Shown here: positions 45,233 to 57,873 of the stretch, piece by piece
How positions within the stretch are numbered: position 1 is the stretch's first letter
How the letters are laid out: each line of letters begins with the position of its first letter
Assembly: GCA_051942205.1 (NCBI GenBank)
Contig: JAVECO010000132.1
Location: 1-64,000 of the forward strand
Reading direction: 5' to 3'
Source of the DNA: Coniocarpon cinnabarinum
Taxonomy: Eukaryota
DNA length: 64,000 nucleotides
Program-made: the position numbers and the translations under genes
The notes under the pieces: generated by a model
The model's input: only the letters and a program-made list of their open reading frames with translations
Told to the model about the DNA's origin: nothing
The model's database searches: none

Positions 45233-47296
45233 TTAGCTCTGCTGCTGCATTCGTCTCATCCGCTCCTCTACAGCTCGCGCTCGCTTTTCCCTCTCCATGC
45301 GCATTTTCGTTTCTGGAGTCATGCCCCGAGCTTCATCAGCACGACGTTCCTCAGCCGTGCGCTCCTTCCCAGCTGCCATCACCGTCTTGCCCTTACCATG
45401 CTTCTGCTCCCTCCTGTCATCTCCACGACGCTTCCGCTCTGCCTCCTGCCGTTCCTCTTCCTCCTTCAACTTCTCCAGACCTTCTTGACGGCGTGCAGCT
45501 TCGTTCTGCAGCTCGTCTTGCTTCTCCTGTGCCGCTCGCTGGTCTGCTTCAGCTCTGCTTAGCGGCTCTGCTACGTGCGCCTCGCTCCAATTCCACTTGG
45601 TCTCTCCAAGCTCAGTGCGTGCCACTCGGAACGCGTCGCGAGTCGCTCGGTCGCCTGCTAAATCATACGGTGTCTTACTTTCCAGATTTATTGCGGTAGG
45701 GTCAGCGCCCCCTTTTAATAATAATGCCGTAACCAAGGTCCCCGAGTTGTTGCTGGCAGCTAGATGCAGCGGTGTGGGTGCATGATAGTGGGCTGAATGG
45801 TCCGGTGGATAGAATCGATAAGATGGGTCGAGACGATTGCCGTTCAAGTATGACAGTAGGGCTGGTGCTTTGTTGCGTCGAACCAAAGACGTGAGCTGTG
45901 TGGTGTGCAGTACAGCTTCTTGTTCTTTGGCGTTTCTGGCAGCACGAACAGCTTCCTCTTCTTTCTTGCGCGCAATTCTGGCATCTTCTTCCTCTTTGCG
46001 CAGCCTCGCCTTTTCCCGAGCTTCTTCAGCAGCCTTTCGCTCTGCTTTTTCGTCCACGACCCTAATCTTGGCACGAGTCAGCTCCACAAAGCAGCGCATG
46101 AGCTCTGCTTCTGTAGCACGTCGGGTGCTGAACGGGAAGCCACGCAGTCGCGTATCGTTCACGCGCAGCGGCCATCTCGGATCTTCCTTTGCGGGTCCGA
46201 ACAATGTATTCCTGTTCGTACTGCCGGTAGCTCTAAGAAAGAGGAGGTCGGATGTATCGATCATGTCTCTCCACTCGCGCAATAACGATTGCACTTCACT
46301 GACGAGAGCCTCTTCATTATATCGGCGTAGAGACGACCCTGCGGAATGTGCATTGCCCTTGGCATTATCGTTGGCAGATTGGGCGCCACCCTGTTTTCTT
46401 CTGGTGGTATACCTGTGAAACGTCTTGTGCGCCAGGACTGTCGCTTGTCGCGCATCGGCACTGTTGTGATTTTTCGTCACTTTGGGCGCAAGAGAAATGA
46501 CCATGGCTGCAAAATGGCCGCCGCCGATCATGCACAGAAAAATGTGTGGCACGGCGGTGGGTGGGGGTGCTTCGACGGGCAACGCAACCCCACCATCAGG
46601 AGGATTTGGTGGCGGTTCGGATGCTCCGGAGACCTTCTGTGGCGGGCACTGTTTTTGCTGTAGAGCAGGAACAAGGCTCTCGTCTGAAGCTTGTTCGGCT
46701 TGGGTAAAGAGGGTGCGGTAGACACCGAGTGTCGTATCTTTAGGGAGATTTTGCGATCTGAACCACAGTAAGGGCGGTTTGCCAGACCCACGTTTTCGCT
46801 TCTTTTCAAACACATCTTCTGCAGCCTCCTCATCAAGACGAGCCTGCCGCTTCAATAAGCTGCTGATTTTGGATGTGCCGTCTTGTGCACTACCTGCTTC
46901 CCCCTCCTCATCTTCAGACGAGGACGAGTCTGAGCCAGATATGCTCTCATCCAGGTCCCCAATCAATTTGTCGAACTCTACTTCTGACACAGGCCTCAGC
47001 CCCCGCTGTCGCTGCTTGATGTTATAGCGATGCACATCGCTGCGAACGTGTGCGCGTTGTTCTTGAACGTTGCTGAAAGCTTGGTTACACAGACCGCACG
47101 ACGTAGCATTGGTCACGTCGTTATCTGAAAGTTCTTGTGTGGCATTGTTGCCCTTGACATACTCTCCGTCCTGGTCTGGCTCAAGGAGCGGTGGGGCACT
47201 AGCAATTGCGGGCTCAAAGGTCTGGAGGAGCTCCGGGGGCAGATCGAAGACATAAAGCGGGCGCTTGAGCAGAGAGTCATTAGTCGCAGCCGCCAT
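45233..47296 (-). CDS. vms1: Vms1/ANKZF1 (C2H2 ZnF, VLRF1 domain, ankyrin repeats, coiled coil, VIM)
   Basis: GGGHFAAM, HKTFHRYTTRRKQGGAQS.ND..KG.AHSAGSSLRRYNE, PFSTRRAT, TPLHLAA and REKRARAVEERM. Confidence 0.96.
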   Translation of the reverse strand: MAAATNDSLLKRPLYVFDLPPELLQTFEPAIASAPPLLEPDQDGEYVKGNNATQELSDNDVTNATSCGLCNQAFSNVQEQRAHVRSDVHRYNIKQRQRGLRPVSEVEFDKLIGDLDESISGSDSSSSEDEEGEAGSAQDGTSKISSLLKRQARLDEEAAEDVFEKKRKRGSGKPPLLWFRSQNLPKDTTLGVYRTLFTQAEQASDESLVPALQQKQCPPQKVSGASEPPPNPPDGGVALPVEAPPPTAVPHIFLCMIGGGHFAAMVISLAPKVTKNHNSADARQATVLAHKTFHRYTTRRKQGGAQSANDNAKGNAHSAGSSLRRYNEEALVSEVQSLLREWRDMIDTSDLLFLRATGSTNRNTLFGPAKEDPRWPLRVNDTRLRGFPFSTRRATEAELMRCFVELTRAKIRVVDEKAERKAAEEAREKARLRKEEEDARIARKKEEEAVRAARNAKEQEAVLHTTQLTSLVRRNKAPALLSYLNGNRLDPSYRFYPPDHSAHYHAPTPLHLAASNNSGTLVTALLLKGGADPTAINLESKTPYDLAGDRATRDAFRVARTELGETKWNWSEAHVAEPLSRAEADQRAAQEKQDELQNEAARRQEGLEKLKEEEERQEAERKRRGDDRREQKHGKGKTVMAAGKERTAEERRADEARGMTPETKMRMEREKRARAVEERMRRMQQQS

Positions 47297-47689
47297 TGCA
47301 ATCCGGGGTTGTCGGGACAGAGGGAAGATTTAAATCATGGTCTTAGGCAAGTCCGCAAAAAGAAGCGAGACGAGTCAGAGATGGAGGTGACGTTGATGCC
47401 ACGAATCGTGGAGGCGACCCACGCGAATCGATGGAGGAAACGGGCGCCTCTGTATGGTCAGAAAGCAATCTAGGTGCTAACACAGCACGGACAGCACTTT
47501 GCAGCTGCCCACTACCCCCGGGAAGGAGTTGGTCGCTAATGCGCCAACGGCCCATGGATCTAAAGGTGTCGCCCGACTTCACAATGTTGGGTATGTCCCG
47601 CTGCCCTCCTTCTCTCTCTTTCTCTCTCGCGCTTCTCTGCGACACGTCTCCAGCAAGGGCTTGCTCATGCATCCCCATAACCACCGACC

Positions 47690-49278
47690 ATGGCAGATAT
47701 GCATTCTGACGCACCCCTAAACGTCGATCCTTCCAGCAACAGCGACAGCGACCATGATGGCGGTCATGTGGCACGTGACGCAGCCGGCGTCGAGGCCGAC
47801 GAGACAAACGTCAACAGCACATCCGACCAGCATCTAACTCAGGGAGAGGCCACTTCGCCCTCCGACGAGAACCATCTCACTGCAGTGGACACCGTCAAGT
47901 CCGCGGCCAACGCTGCGAAGCGCAGGCTTCACCTTGACAGCATCAGGGCGACGGGACCTAGTAAACGCTTCAATCCGACCAATGTTCGCGTGCATGTCAA
48001 ATGGAAAGACGAACTTGACAGCGACCTTGAGCCTTTGACAGAAACAAAAACTCGAGCCACCGAGACCTACCACTGGCGCTCTCGCGACAACCGCAAAGGT
48101 AGGAATTCGGTTGTGGTCGCGCCGAGATCTCGCCCGTCAGCTGTCAAAACTCGAAAGCAGCGCGTTGTTGCGGAGTTGAAGCAAATCAGGCATGTCCTCT
48201 GGCGCATGTGTACAGTCTTCGCCTACTGGGACACGGCTTGGTGGAGCGGCTGGACCTACAGTGTTGGATCTGTCTTGTTCATAATGGATGGCTCGTGGCA
48301 GACGAAGTCAGCGCTGGGACAAGACGTCCCTGAAAACCTAACCAAGTATGGCGCTTCTCTGAGTTTCTTCTTTGGTGCGTTGTTGTACCAACTAGGTGCA
48401 GTGATGGCGTACCTAGAAGCGGTCAATGACGGTTCGTTCCAAGGCTCGGCAATGCAACGCTTTTTGGAAGGGCACGAAGATGACTCCAAGAAGCTGGTCG
48501 ATGAGAAAATACATGCATTTTTCGGACATTTCTCGCCGCATTTGCATCTCCATCATCACAACAACGAGAAAAAGGCCATTGAAGACGCTGCGAGTTCGGT
48601 GGATCCCGAGCTTGGCTGGAAGACAAAGGACAGACGCGAGCGGCCAGGTTCCATTTATCCCGCAGGGAAAGCGCCGGCACCGCGTAGGGGTGGTGTTGAT
48701 CATGGCGAAGTCGATGAAGGCACGTCAAAAGTCTACATGACTTGGAGATGGTATCCGACTTGGCATGCGCTCAGGACGCATCACGCCTACGAAATCGGAT
48801 ACATCGCCTGCGCCATCCAGCTGTTTGGTGCAACGCTCTACGGCATGCTTGGCGTCGTCGTCCTGCCAGGTATTTTTGACGGCCTTAAAAACTGGCAGGC
48901 AGAGGGGGCGTTCTGGGTGCCGGACATTGTTGGATCAGTCTGCTTCATCACGGCCAGCATCATGTTCATGCTGGAACCGCAAGAGAAGTGGTATCGGCCG
49001 GCGTTTGACTCCATTGGATGGTGGGTTGGCGCTTGGGCTTTGGTAGGATCGATTGGCTTCATGTGAGTTCTCGTGTCCCCTCAGATGATAGCAAATCCGG
49101 AATTCTGACAATCAACAGTCTTAGTGGGATCTTTGGAGCCATCGAATACGACTACGAGTGGGGCGACCTTCAGGCGGAGATTGCGACCATTTGGGGCTCC
49201 GTAGGATATCTCATTAGCAGTCTCCTACAGTGGTACGAGGCAATGAACAAACGGCCAGTTCCGGAATTCTTGCACTAG
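47690..49278 (+). CDS. Fungal integral membrane protein of unknown function
   Basis: WRSRDNRKGR, FAYWD..WW and YLEAVN motifs with about 6 hydrophobic helices. Intron ~49063-49118 (GTGAGT..CTGAC..CAG). Last exon ends LQWYEAMNKRPVPEFLH. Confidence 0.85.
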
Positions 49279-49881
49279 CTAGGAGGCGGGCATTGTTATT
49301 TGGTGCATTCAATTCACGTATTTCAAATGACATCTTGCGTCGCACACGCCGTGCGTGGTAAATATGCAAGACGGTCTGTCCTGATTTTCAATCATAGCAA
49401 CGTCCAGACAATGTTCGGTCCATTGAAGGCATTGCGTCACCCCTTGGCATCTCCAAAGCCCGCGCTAGAACCCACGAAGAACATTCCTTGCGGGGGAATG
49501 TGGACCGCGTGTGGAGTAGCTCACCCCAAAAGGAGCGAACTCTCCAAAGCGCACCTCAGCGTCGCCGGCAACTACGGCGGCAAACCCAGCTGTCAATCGA
49601 ACTGTACGTACCCTCCACAGGATTCGCCCAGACGCACAATGGCCCACTCAGAGCCTGCGCTGCTTTTTCCGAAGGTTTATCATTGCCAGGATCAGAGGCA
49701 CCTTATGGCGACATGGATGTGCTGCTCGTGGTAACAAACAGCCGATGGTATTCTGTGTGGTGTGAGGGTTGAGATGTAACTCAATACTATGCATTTACTT
49801 TGCCTTGCTTTCTTTTCTTCCCTCTCTGCGTCTATGTGATTGTAGTAAGCCCCTCCGCAACTCACGACGAGGTCTACCATC

Positions 49882-51696
49882 ATGGTCAAACTCCGCACGT
49901 TCAAAGGCCGCGAGGCGACCGAGCGCAACGCCTCCATCACCTCGACCGCGCCTGCGACAGACGAGGAAATCAAGCAAAACGAGCATGCGCGCAAAGTTGA
50001 CACTAAAGCCCTCACTGGCGCATCGCATCTCACCATCAAGCAATCGCTGGTGCCACTGACGCTGGTTACCATTCTGTTCTTCCTCTGGGGCTTTGCGTAC
50101 GGTTTGTTGGACACGCTGAACGCCAAGTTCCAGGATGCATTGGGCATTGGGTTCGCGCAGTCGGCGGGCTTGCAAGCAGCGTACTTTGGAGCGTACGCTG
50201 TCGCACCTTTGACTTTCGCGGGGTGGATTGTCCGGCACGTTGGATACAGATGGTGCTTCATCACAGGTTCGTGTCAATTTGTGGCTCACGAGAAGGTAAA
50301 TTGGTGATCGCTTATTCGACGATACAGGGCTCATTCTCTATGGTATTGGGAGTCTCATGTTCTGGTGGGTTTGCTATTTCCTCAGAAAACATTCTGAGAA
50401 AGCTTTGTGTTGACGTTCAGCTCCTAGGCCTTCGGCAGTCAAAATGTCCTTTGGCGGCTTCTGTGGAAGCATGTTCATCGTCGGGTCTGGGCTCTCTAGC
50501 CTGGAAACCAGCGCAAACCCCTACATAGCCGTCTGCGGACCACCGAGGCTCAGTGAGTTCCGTCTGGAAATGTCACAGAGTGTACAGGCCATTGGCACAG
50601 TTGTTGCGCCGTTGCTTGCGTCCAAGGTCTTCTTCAACAAGGTCGACTTGAACACAGCAGGTGGGAACAGCGATTTGAGCAACGTTCAATGGACGTATCT
50701 CGGAATTGCATGCTTCGTATTTCTACTAGCAGTGGTGTTCTTCTTTGCTCCTATACCTGAGGTGGTGAGTAAGATCCATGGAAGGTCTGCCCTCGCCCCA
50801 ATAGATGCTGACATATGCAGACTGATGCAGACATGGCTTTGCAAGCCGACCAAACCCATGAATTGACAGACCATGTTCAGCAGCCACTCCACAAGCAATA
50901 CAAGCTCTTCTTCGGTGTCTTAGCTCAATTCTGCTATGTCGGTGGACAAGTGGCGCTTGCATCCATTTTCATCAAATACGCACAGGAATCCGCAAAACTC
51001 TCACTAGCCACCTCATCGAATCGCTATGCTCTCGGTCAAGGTGTGTTTGCTATTGGTCGTTTTGCAGCAGCTGGAGGAATGCTGTACATAAAACCGAGAA
51101 TCATGTAAGTCAACTTAGGCGTCCTGCCTCCGAAACCCAGATGCTGACATAATTCGAGTTTGTGGGTATTTTCAACAGGGGTCATCATCTTCACCTGTTG
51201 CGCAATCGGTGTCTGGGGCGAGGGTGGTGTAGGTTTGGCCACCATGATCCTATTCTTCGAAAGTACGTCACTCGCACAATTAGTAGAAATCATCCGTCGC
51301 ATTTTGCTAAAGGGTTCTTCAGGTTGTATGTTTCCGACTATCCTCACCCTCTCAATTCGAGGCCTTGGTAAGCATACGAAACGAGGTGGAAGCTTTGTGG
51401 TCGCAGCAACCTCGGGAGGAGCCTTCTTTCCGGCCCTCACTGGATTGGCTGCCGATAGATGGAATGTCCATGTTTCTCTATGGGTGCCTTTGATAGGGTT
51501 CATAATCTCTTTTGCTTTCGCTGCCGCAGTCAACACCAAGAAAAGCTGGGTGCGTCAACTGGATGGCTTCAGGAAGAGCAAGATTGGTTACAAGGAGGAT
51601 GGAACTGAAGTCAGCGAAGGTACAGACGGCAGCGGCGCAGATTCCGGAAGCGAAGAAGAGAAGAAAGGCGGTGCTGTCAAGCATGTCGAAGTTTAG
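49882..51696 (+). CDS. MFS transporter, FucP/glucose-galactose permease family (multi-exon)
   Basis: LFFLWGFAYGLLDTLN, LQAAYFGAY, GLSSLETSANPYI, AQFCYVGGQV, FPTI.TL..RGLGKHTKRG and GGAFFP. About 5 short introns. Confidence 0.93.
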
Positions 51697-51838
51697 AATG
51701 AATACAGTTCATGCGCGCCGCTTGTTGAGCGGTCTGTAATGTATACAAATCGTGTGGATATCCGCACAATTTCTTTTCTTTTGCTGTCCGAAACGCCGTC
51801 GCTGTTGGCTGACAATAGACGAGACTTCGTGCAAAGGC

Positions 51839-52776
51839 TCATCCGAATTTGGCCTTGCGTCTTTCTGCAGCTTGGGTTGCAAATGTTAGCTTCATATTTT
51901 GTATTTGCTGGATTTTTTTGCATGCCGAATTCACCTGTGCCGACCCAAGCCTTCAGACATGGAAACTCTATTCATGGACGGAGACAAATGTACGAAATCC
52001 ACTTACCAGCTTTGTCGGTATCCGTCATCCAGGACGGCGTACCACCTTGGCCAGACTTGTCATTTCTGCCCCTGGGTGCAGGCGCTCTACCTCCTCGACC
52101 ACGACCTGTATTGGCGTTTGTTAGCATGCATAGTGGACAAATTCACTCGTCTCGTTGAGCAAGTACCTCGGCCACGTTGACGTTTTAATCCAGGATCTTC
52201 GAAGCCGCGGTCCGGGTTTGTGTCCGCACGTCCACGCTTCGCACCCTTCTTGGCACGTTCAGGGAGCGCCTCATCGAGCCTGTTAACGCCTTCTGTTTCT
52301 GTGACTGTAGGACCTGTGCCGAATCGCTTTTGTCGTTCCAGGTTACGTATAGCATCGGAATCTTCCTCGGTCATCCCGAATTTCTCCGCACGCTTCTTCC
52401 TTCGCGTGATTTCTTCGTCAAGAGAGGTTGTTGCGAGGTTTGCGCTGAACTGGGCCGCTTCCTTCGTCTCGTCCCCGTCGACCTTGTCTTCACTTGTCTC
52501 AGCCTGGTCAGGTGGAGGATTCGAAGGAGATGCATTCGCAGCTGAGGTCGCTTGTCTGTCATCCGCTGACGAGGGTGACTGCACAGGAGCCGCTGATGTT
52601 GACTGATCTGTGGAAGGATTTCCTAGGGATTTGCTGTCAGACGGTGCAGCTGTGCCTGCTTTGTCTGCTTCTTGAAGTCGTGCGACCATTTCAGCTTTGC
52701 GACCATTATGGGGCAGGCCGCGCTCCTTGAGCAGAGCCTCCAAGTCAGAGTTCTTCATCTTAGCGTAGTCACCCAT
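51839..52776 (-). CDS. tho1: SAP-domain RNA-binding protein Tho1/SARNP
   Basis: SAP domain (YAKMKNSDLEALLKERGLPHNGRKAEMVARL) and RRKKRAEKFG / RQKRFG. Two 3' introns add an RGG stretch and a third motif AERRKAKFG*, with the stop at 51839. Confidence 0.9.
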
Positions 52777-53105
52777 CTTGAGGCTCAAAGGAATGCCAAT
52801 ACTGTTCTTGACGTTTCAGTGTTGGTGGCAGAACCGGTGTGCACAACTCAGAAGACACCGACGCGCCGCATAGAAGTCGCGTTCAGGCAGGGTGCGACGA
52901 ATAGCAATTGTGGCTCGTTAAGATCGATGACCTCTTCGGTGGGGGCTCAAAGACAACCTTGAACATGAGGTCTGCTGGACACTTAAGACTTCTCGCACAT
53001 TCGCTTCTATATTTGCTCAAACTACATCCCCAACAATCTGTGCCATAGACTGACATCATTATAATATGATACATATCGATTTGCTCGCCCACGCGTTGCC
53101 TCAGG

Positions 53106-55359
53106 ATGGGTTTGTCCCCAGGGCCTGCCGCCCAACAACAGGCTGCGCCTGATGCTACTACTGACGCGAATGATGTGAGCGGTGCAAGGAGCAACATTCC
53201 AGTATCAATTTCAATCCGCAGTAGTGATGATCAAGCTTCCGCAAGCACTCAGACACCAAGCTACCGCGATACACAAAGTCTCGTAGATCTCGTGAGAGAT
53301 GCTCGAGGCGATCCTCTGCAAGAGTTAGGCGATGAATCGGCGAGGTCAGAAACACCAGAGCCCGCATTTGCAATATCACAGCCATCTCATACCAGACATC
53401 CTCTGGGAACCACATTCTTTCGTAAATTTCTTTCATCTCCCCCTTCGCCGGGCGTGGACTCAGTACCCATGTCCACTCCTCGCACAGCCTCAATGAAATC
53501 CATGCAGCTCTCCGACGAAGATGGCTCAATAGACGAGGAGGCAAGCCAAGCTGTCGCTTCAAGCGCAGAAGAAGATGACATAGACGCTTCCAACGGTCAC
53601 GATGGGCTGGAAGATCAATATGCACAAGCAGCACCACAACTAATCATGCCAAGCGTCACAATGCCGAGGCGACGGCCTTTCACCAAGCGTGGTAAAGATG
53701 TTGGTAGGCTAAAGATCATGATTGCGGGACAAAAGGGGCTCGGTAAGACTTCTTTGATCAAGTCAATAGTACAAATATGCGAGGACATCGTTCATGTCGA
53801 TCCCATGGACGCTGATGCTGCAAAATTTGCAATTTCAGAAGCAGGTCACGTTCACGCACGTGCACCGTCGAGTCCACGAGACAGCCGCTCTCAAATGCGG
53901 GAAATTTACGCGAGTACCAGAGCGTATCCAACTTGGCTAGCAGAGGCCGAAAGCAGTAGTCATTTATTGGGATCGAGCAGAGGCTTGGACGATAAAGTAC
54001 TTGAACGCAATATTTGTTTTCTTGACATCGGAGGATACGCGGACGCGGGATGCTTGGATGAATATAAAGATACCCTTTTGCAGCATATTGAGTGGCATTT
54101 ACATCGCAATGCATGGCCTGAACACCTGACTGACGCAGAGCTTTTGAGCATTTTGAGCGGTGAAGGAGGCTCACAAGTTGATGTTATTTTGTTTTTAATG
54201 ACAGGGAAGTCCAGATTATCGCGAACTTTCCGACAAATCTGTACTAATCAAAGTAGGGAGACGGAAACTGACCAGCGCAGAGTTAGAAGTACTGCAGCAC
54301 ATCAGCAGATGCTCAAATCTCGTACCTTTGCTTTCTCAGGCAGACACTCATAGCGAGCAAGAGCTCACTGACGCAAGAACGGCGCTTGCCGAACAATTGC
54401 AAGAAGCTGAGGTGGAATGTTTTGATATGCCTATGCCACCAGTCTCGCCTGGTCTTGCGAGCTCGGGCAGAAGACTTATTGCGATTTCATCTACACCGGC
54501 GAGAGACGACGAGGTCATTGACGCCAGCTTACTAATGAGCTCAGGCTACGTCCAGCCTTTGGAGGTCAGTGACCTCCAGAAGTTGACTGAAACACTCTTC
54601 GATCCCGAGACTGCCGCACGCCTTAGGCATTCAGCTCTTCGAAAACTGTTCCAATGGAAGCACCGACAAGCTGTTCCAAGGCCATTGACGTCTTCGAATG
54701 CGTTGCGAGCTGCTCAGCAAGGGCCTCATCACATTAGCCTACCTGCATTCTCCCGGCGATCAACATTACCCGCCACTGCGAACTCTGTTGCAGATTCAAG
54801 TGCGCCGGCGTCCAGCGCGATATGGGTTGAGGGCACGATGAGTGGAAGCCAAAATGAGAGGCCTTTGTCCACGTCATCCAATGCACTTCAACGGCCGGAG
54901 ACGTTCTCCACGGCGCGGGTGCGTGACCATGCGCAGCGCGAAGAGCGTCTTGCACAAGTTCGACTTGCGCGATGGGCTGCTGATCTTCAGCGGGCTTTAC
55001 ACAGTGAGCGCGCACGCTTTGCCACTTTGAAGCAAGCAGAGCGCACAGCCTGGTTGCAAGAGCGGCTTGAGAAAAGCATCGATCCACACACGGACGAAAG
55101 CGACCCAGCAAAGGCCCTCCAAAAGCGTAGCCGAGAGACAGGCCAGTTTCAACGCTACAGATCGAGTGCTGGTGACCCTTTGGGACTCTTTGAATGGAGA
55201 GCGAGGTTGTCGGATCGTGGGGTCATGGTCGCGAACGTGGTTGGTGGCGCTGGGATATTTGGCGCGGTTGTGGTGTGGGTGGTCCGGACTTGGGGATGGA
55301 GTTCTCTGTTTGGCGGTGGTGATGGAACGGGCAGCTGGTGCTGGGCTAAGGACTGGTAG
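53106..55359 (+). CDS. Septin-like P-loop GTPase-domain protein with C-terminal transmembrane tail
   Basis: LKIMIAGQKGLGKTSLIKSI, ERNICFLD, QVDVILF and NLVPLLSQAD, then a coiled coil and a hydrophobic C-terminus. Intron 54205-54256. The start codon is uncertain. Confidence 0.82.
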
Positions 55360-56315
55360 GAGCACGATTGGACATGACTCGACGAGGAACCGGAGACGCA
55401 CACGGACGAGGGCAGAGGGAGGACGAATGACGTGCATGAGAGATACCACATAGCATAGCGTTGATTTGACGGGCGGTTTCAAGTGCTCCATCTACTGACG
55501 GATACATGTTCACCGCACAACCGCACAGAAGACGGTGCTGAATGTGCGAGCGCTGAACGAAGCCGCATCCAGTTAGACGTGTCGGCATGGGAAGTGATGG
55601 TCTCACATGGATTGGCAGTCGTCGTGGCTGCAAGCTTCTTGGGTGAAGCAGGGGTGGGGATGGGTGTGACACATGGCAAAGGGCCCTTCAGAGAAGTACT
55701 TGCCGCACAATAATTCAACGTCTTATGAGTCGCGAGGCGCTTTCGCGGTTTTGCTGATAGCTATGTGACATCAATTGTTCTCATCGTATGGGCTCGTCGC
55801 CGAGACTGAGATCCGGCAACGACTTTTGTCCCTCACCCTTGTGGCAGACGGGGGTTGTCTGTCACCTGACCAATAGCGAGGATGCGCGGAGCACTGAGCT
55901 TTGGCAGTGCGGTGTAGAGCTACCAGACGACCGCGATGTCGCAGCAGGGTGCTTGGCGGGCGGCTGAGTTTAATTGTGCAGCGGACAGGCTTGCTCGGAC
56001 GCTAGAGGAGCCAATGCGCGTGAGGACAGGAGAGAGTGAGAGGGCGAGCAGTGAGAAAAGGTCCGAGGGTGCATGTGTGTTTATTGCCTCAGATCTGTGC
56101 TACGCGATGCATGACGACGACGAGGGAGCGGTTCCGACGGCAGGCTACGTACCTCCCACTGCGCATGCCGGAAGCCGACTGATCGTGATGACACAGAGGG
56201 CGAGGGAGGAGGAGGTTGGATGGTTTGGGCGGCGAGGGCATGAGATAGCAGTACGTACTCGTAGTAGCTAGTAGCTGCAGTCACAGAGGTGGCGGCCATG
56301 GAGTTGCGGGAGTGC

Positions 56316-56385
56316 ACCCACACACACATTGATACGTACACAGAGACACGCTCACTCACATACCTGCACACACACATACACACGC
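56316..56385. repeat. Imperfect (CA)n-rich microsatellite tract
   Basis: cacacacacattgatacgtacacagagacacgctcactcacatacctgcacacacacatacacacg. Confidence 0.7.
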
Positions 56386-57873
56386 GCAGATGCTGGGTGG
56401 AGGACCTCGCGAACGACGGAGGGCAGATCGGTGCAGAGGAAGGGAGCCCCTGCAGGCCCTGGCGAGGCTGCATGCATACACCTGAAAAGCCACACACGAG
56501 TCTGTTGCCTTGCTGCCAGACGGCTCTGCTGGCGTGCTGGTGGCTGCTGTTGGCTGCTGGCTGGTTGCCCACTCGTCCCAGCCCTCCCAGCGGACGAGGC
56601 CGGGCAAGCGAACGTGGAGCGACTGGAGGGCCCATCACGTTGCCCACTGCGCTGCCAGCTGGGCCGGCGCCGGCTGTCATTTGTCGAGGGGGGGCGTCGC
56701 TAAGGCGGCTCTAGCAGCGCCAGTGCCGTGCGTGGGTGAACGCCTGTACAGAAGCGTCGCTGACTGACAGGCGCACACCCGCACCCGCGAGAGGTGGGAG
56801 GGAGGACGAGGGGGAGAAAGAGAGAGACAGAAGGCGAGCGCAGGCGCAGAGAGAGGGTCAAATGGACTCGCTCAAACGGGCGCGGTATGGGACGTCTCCA
56901 CTTGCATGGATTGGATGGCTGCACCGTTCCTGGTCCCTGCCCGCCCCTACACAAACCGTAAGAGCGTGAGAGCGTGAGAGTATGAGAGAGTAATGTACTC
57001 TACTCCGTGTGCATACTGGTGACTGGCTCTCTCGCCGTGCAGAGGCTGACTTGCGCAAATCCTTTTCCCGACCATCACCGCTGCGTGCCTGCTACTGCTG
57101 CTGCATTGCCCAGCCTTCCATCCCTTCTCACTTTCCATCGCTCCTCGCCTCCCTTCTTCCCTCCCCGTCGCCTGCTTGCGGTCTCCTCTCCACCTGTCCC
57201 TCTCGTCGTCGTCGTCGCTGCCGCCAACCGGCCTTGCATGAGCCCACGGATCCGTCGGCGCCCTTCCCAGCGGCTTGGCAGGCTCGTGCCCGTCCGTGGA
57301 TCACTGACTCAAGTTCAGACAACCGTGTGCCGTCTGGGGCGGTGATTTGTCCCAGGGCTTTATCCTTCTAGCGCTTCCATTTCCAACCTACCTACCCACG
57401 CCAATCGACCCTACCTCCACCGCTCCTCGTCACGAGCTTGCCTCCCACCGCACACACCTTCAAAGCCCACCTCAAGCTCGAGGCCACATTGACCCGGCTG
57501 CTGGCTTCAGACTCGGGCCTCCTTTCCTCTCCCTCTCCCACTCGACCCTCCGCTGTGCACCCGTCGACTATGCCGCTGCGGAGCCACCTCTATCGACTCC
57601 GTAGAGGCATAGGAACCGCCACGCCCACACCTTGACTTGGCTGGCCCTCCCGGATCCTGGCCAGTGGCTAAACATCCAACCGGTGTCGAGCCTGTCTCAG
57701 TCTCTCCTTCAGTTGTCTCATCACTCATTGACAAGAGGCGGACGTTTCCTGGTGTGGTATATTTTTACTGGGCTCAGCAACTCTGAATTCAAATCTTGAG
57801 GAACTTGAATACCTCAAGTACTTGTCCCCGAGGCCTTTGTTCGCAGCAGCTGGTCGTTTTCCGAACATCAAGC

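Noticed and set aside
55700..57500. Numerous 60-200 aa ORFs upstream of OGT
   Set aside because: Low-complexity GA/CA/CT-rich promoter sequence without coding signal.
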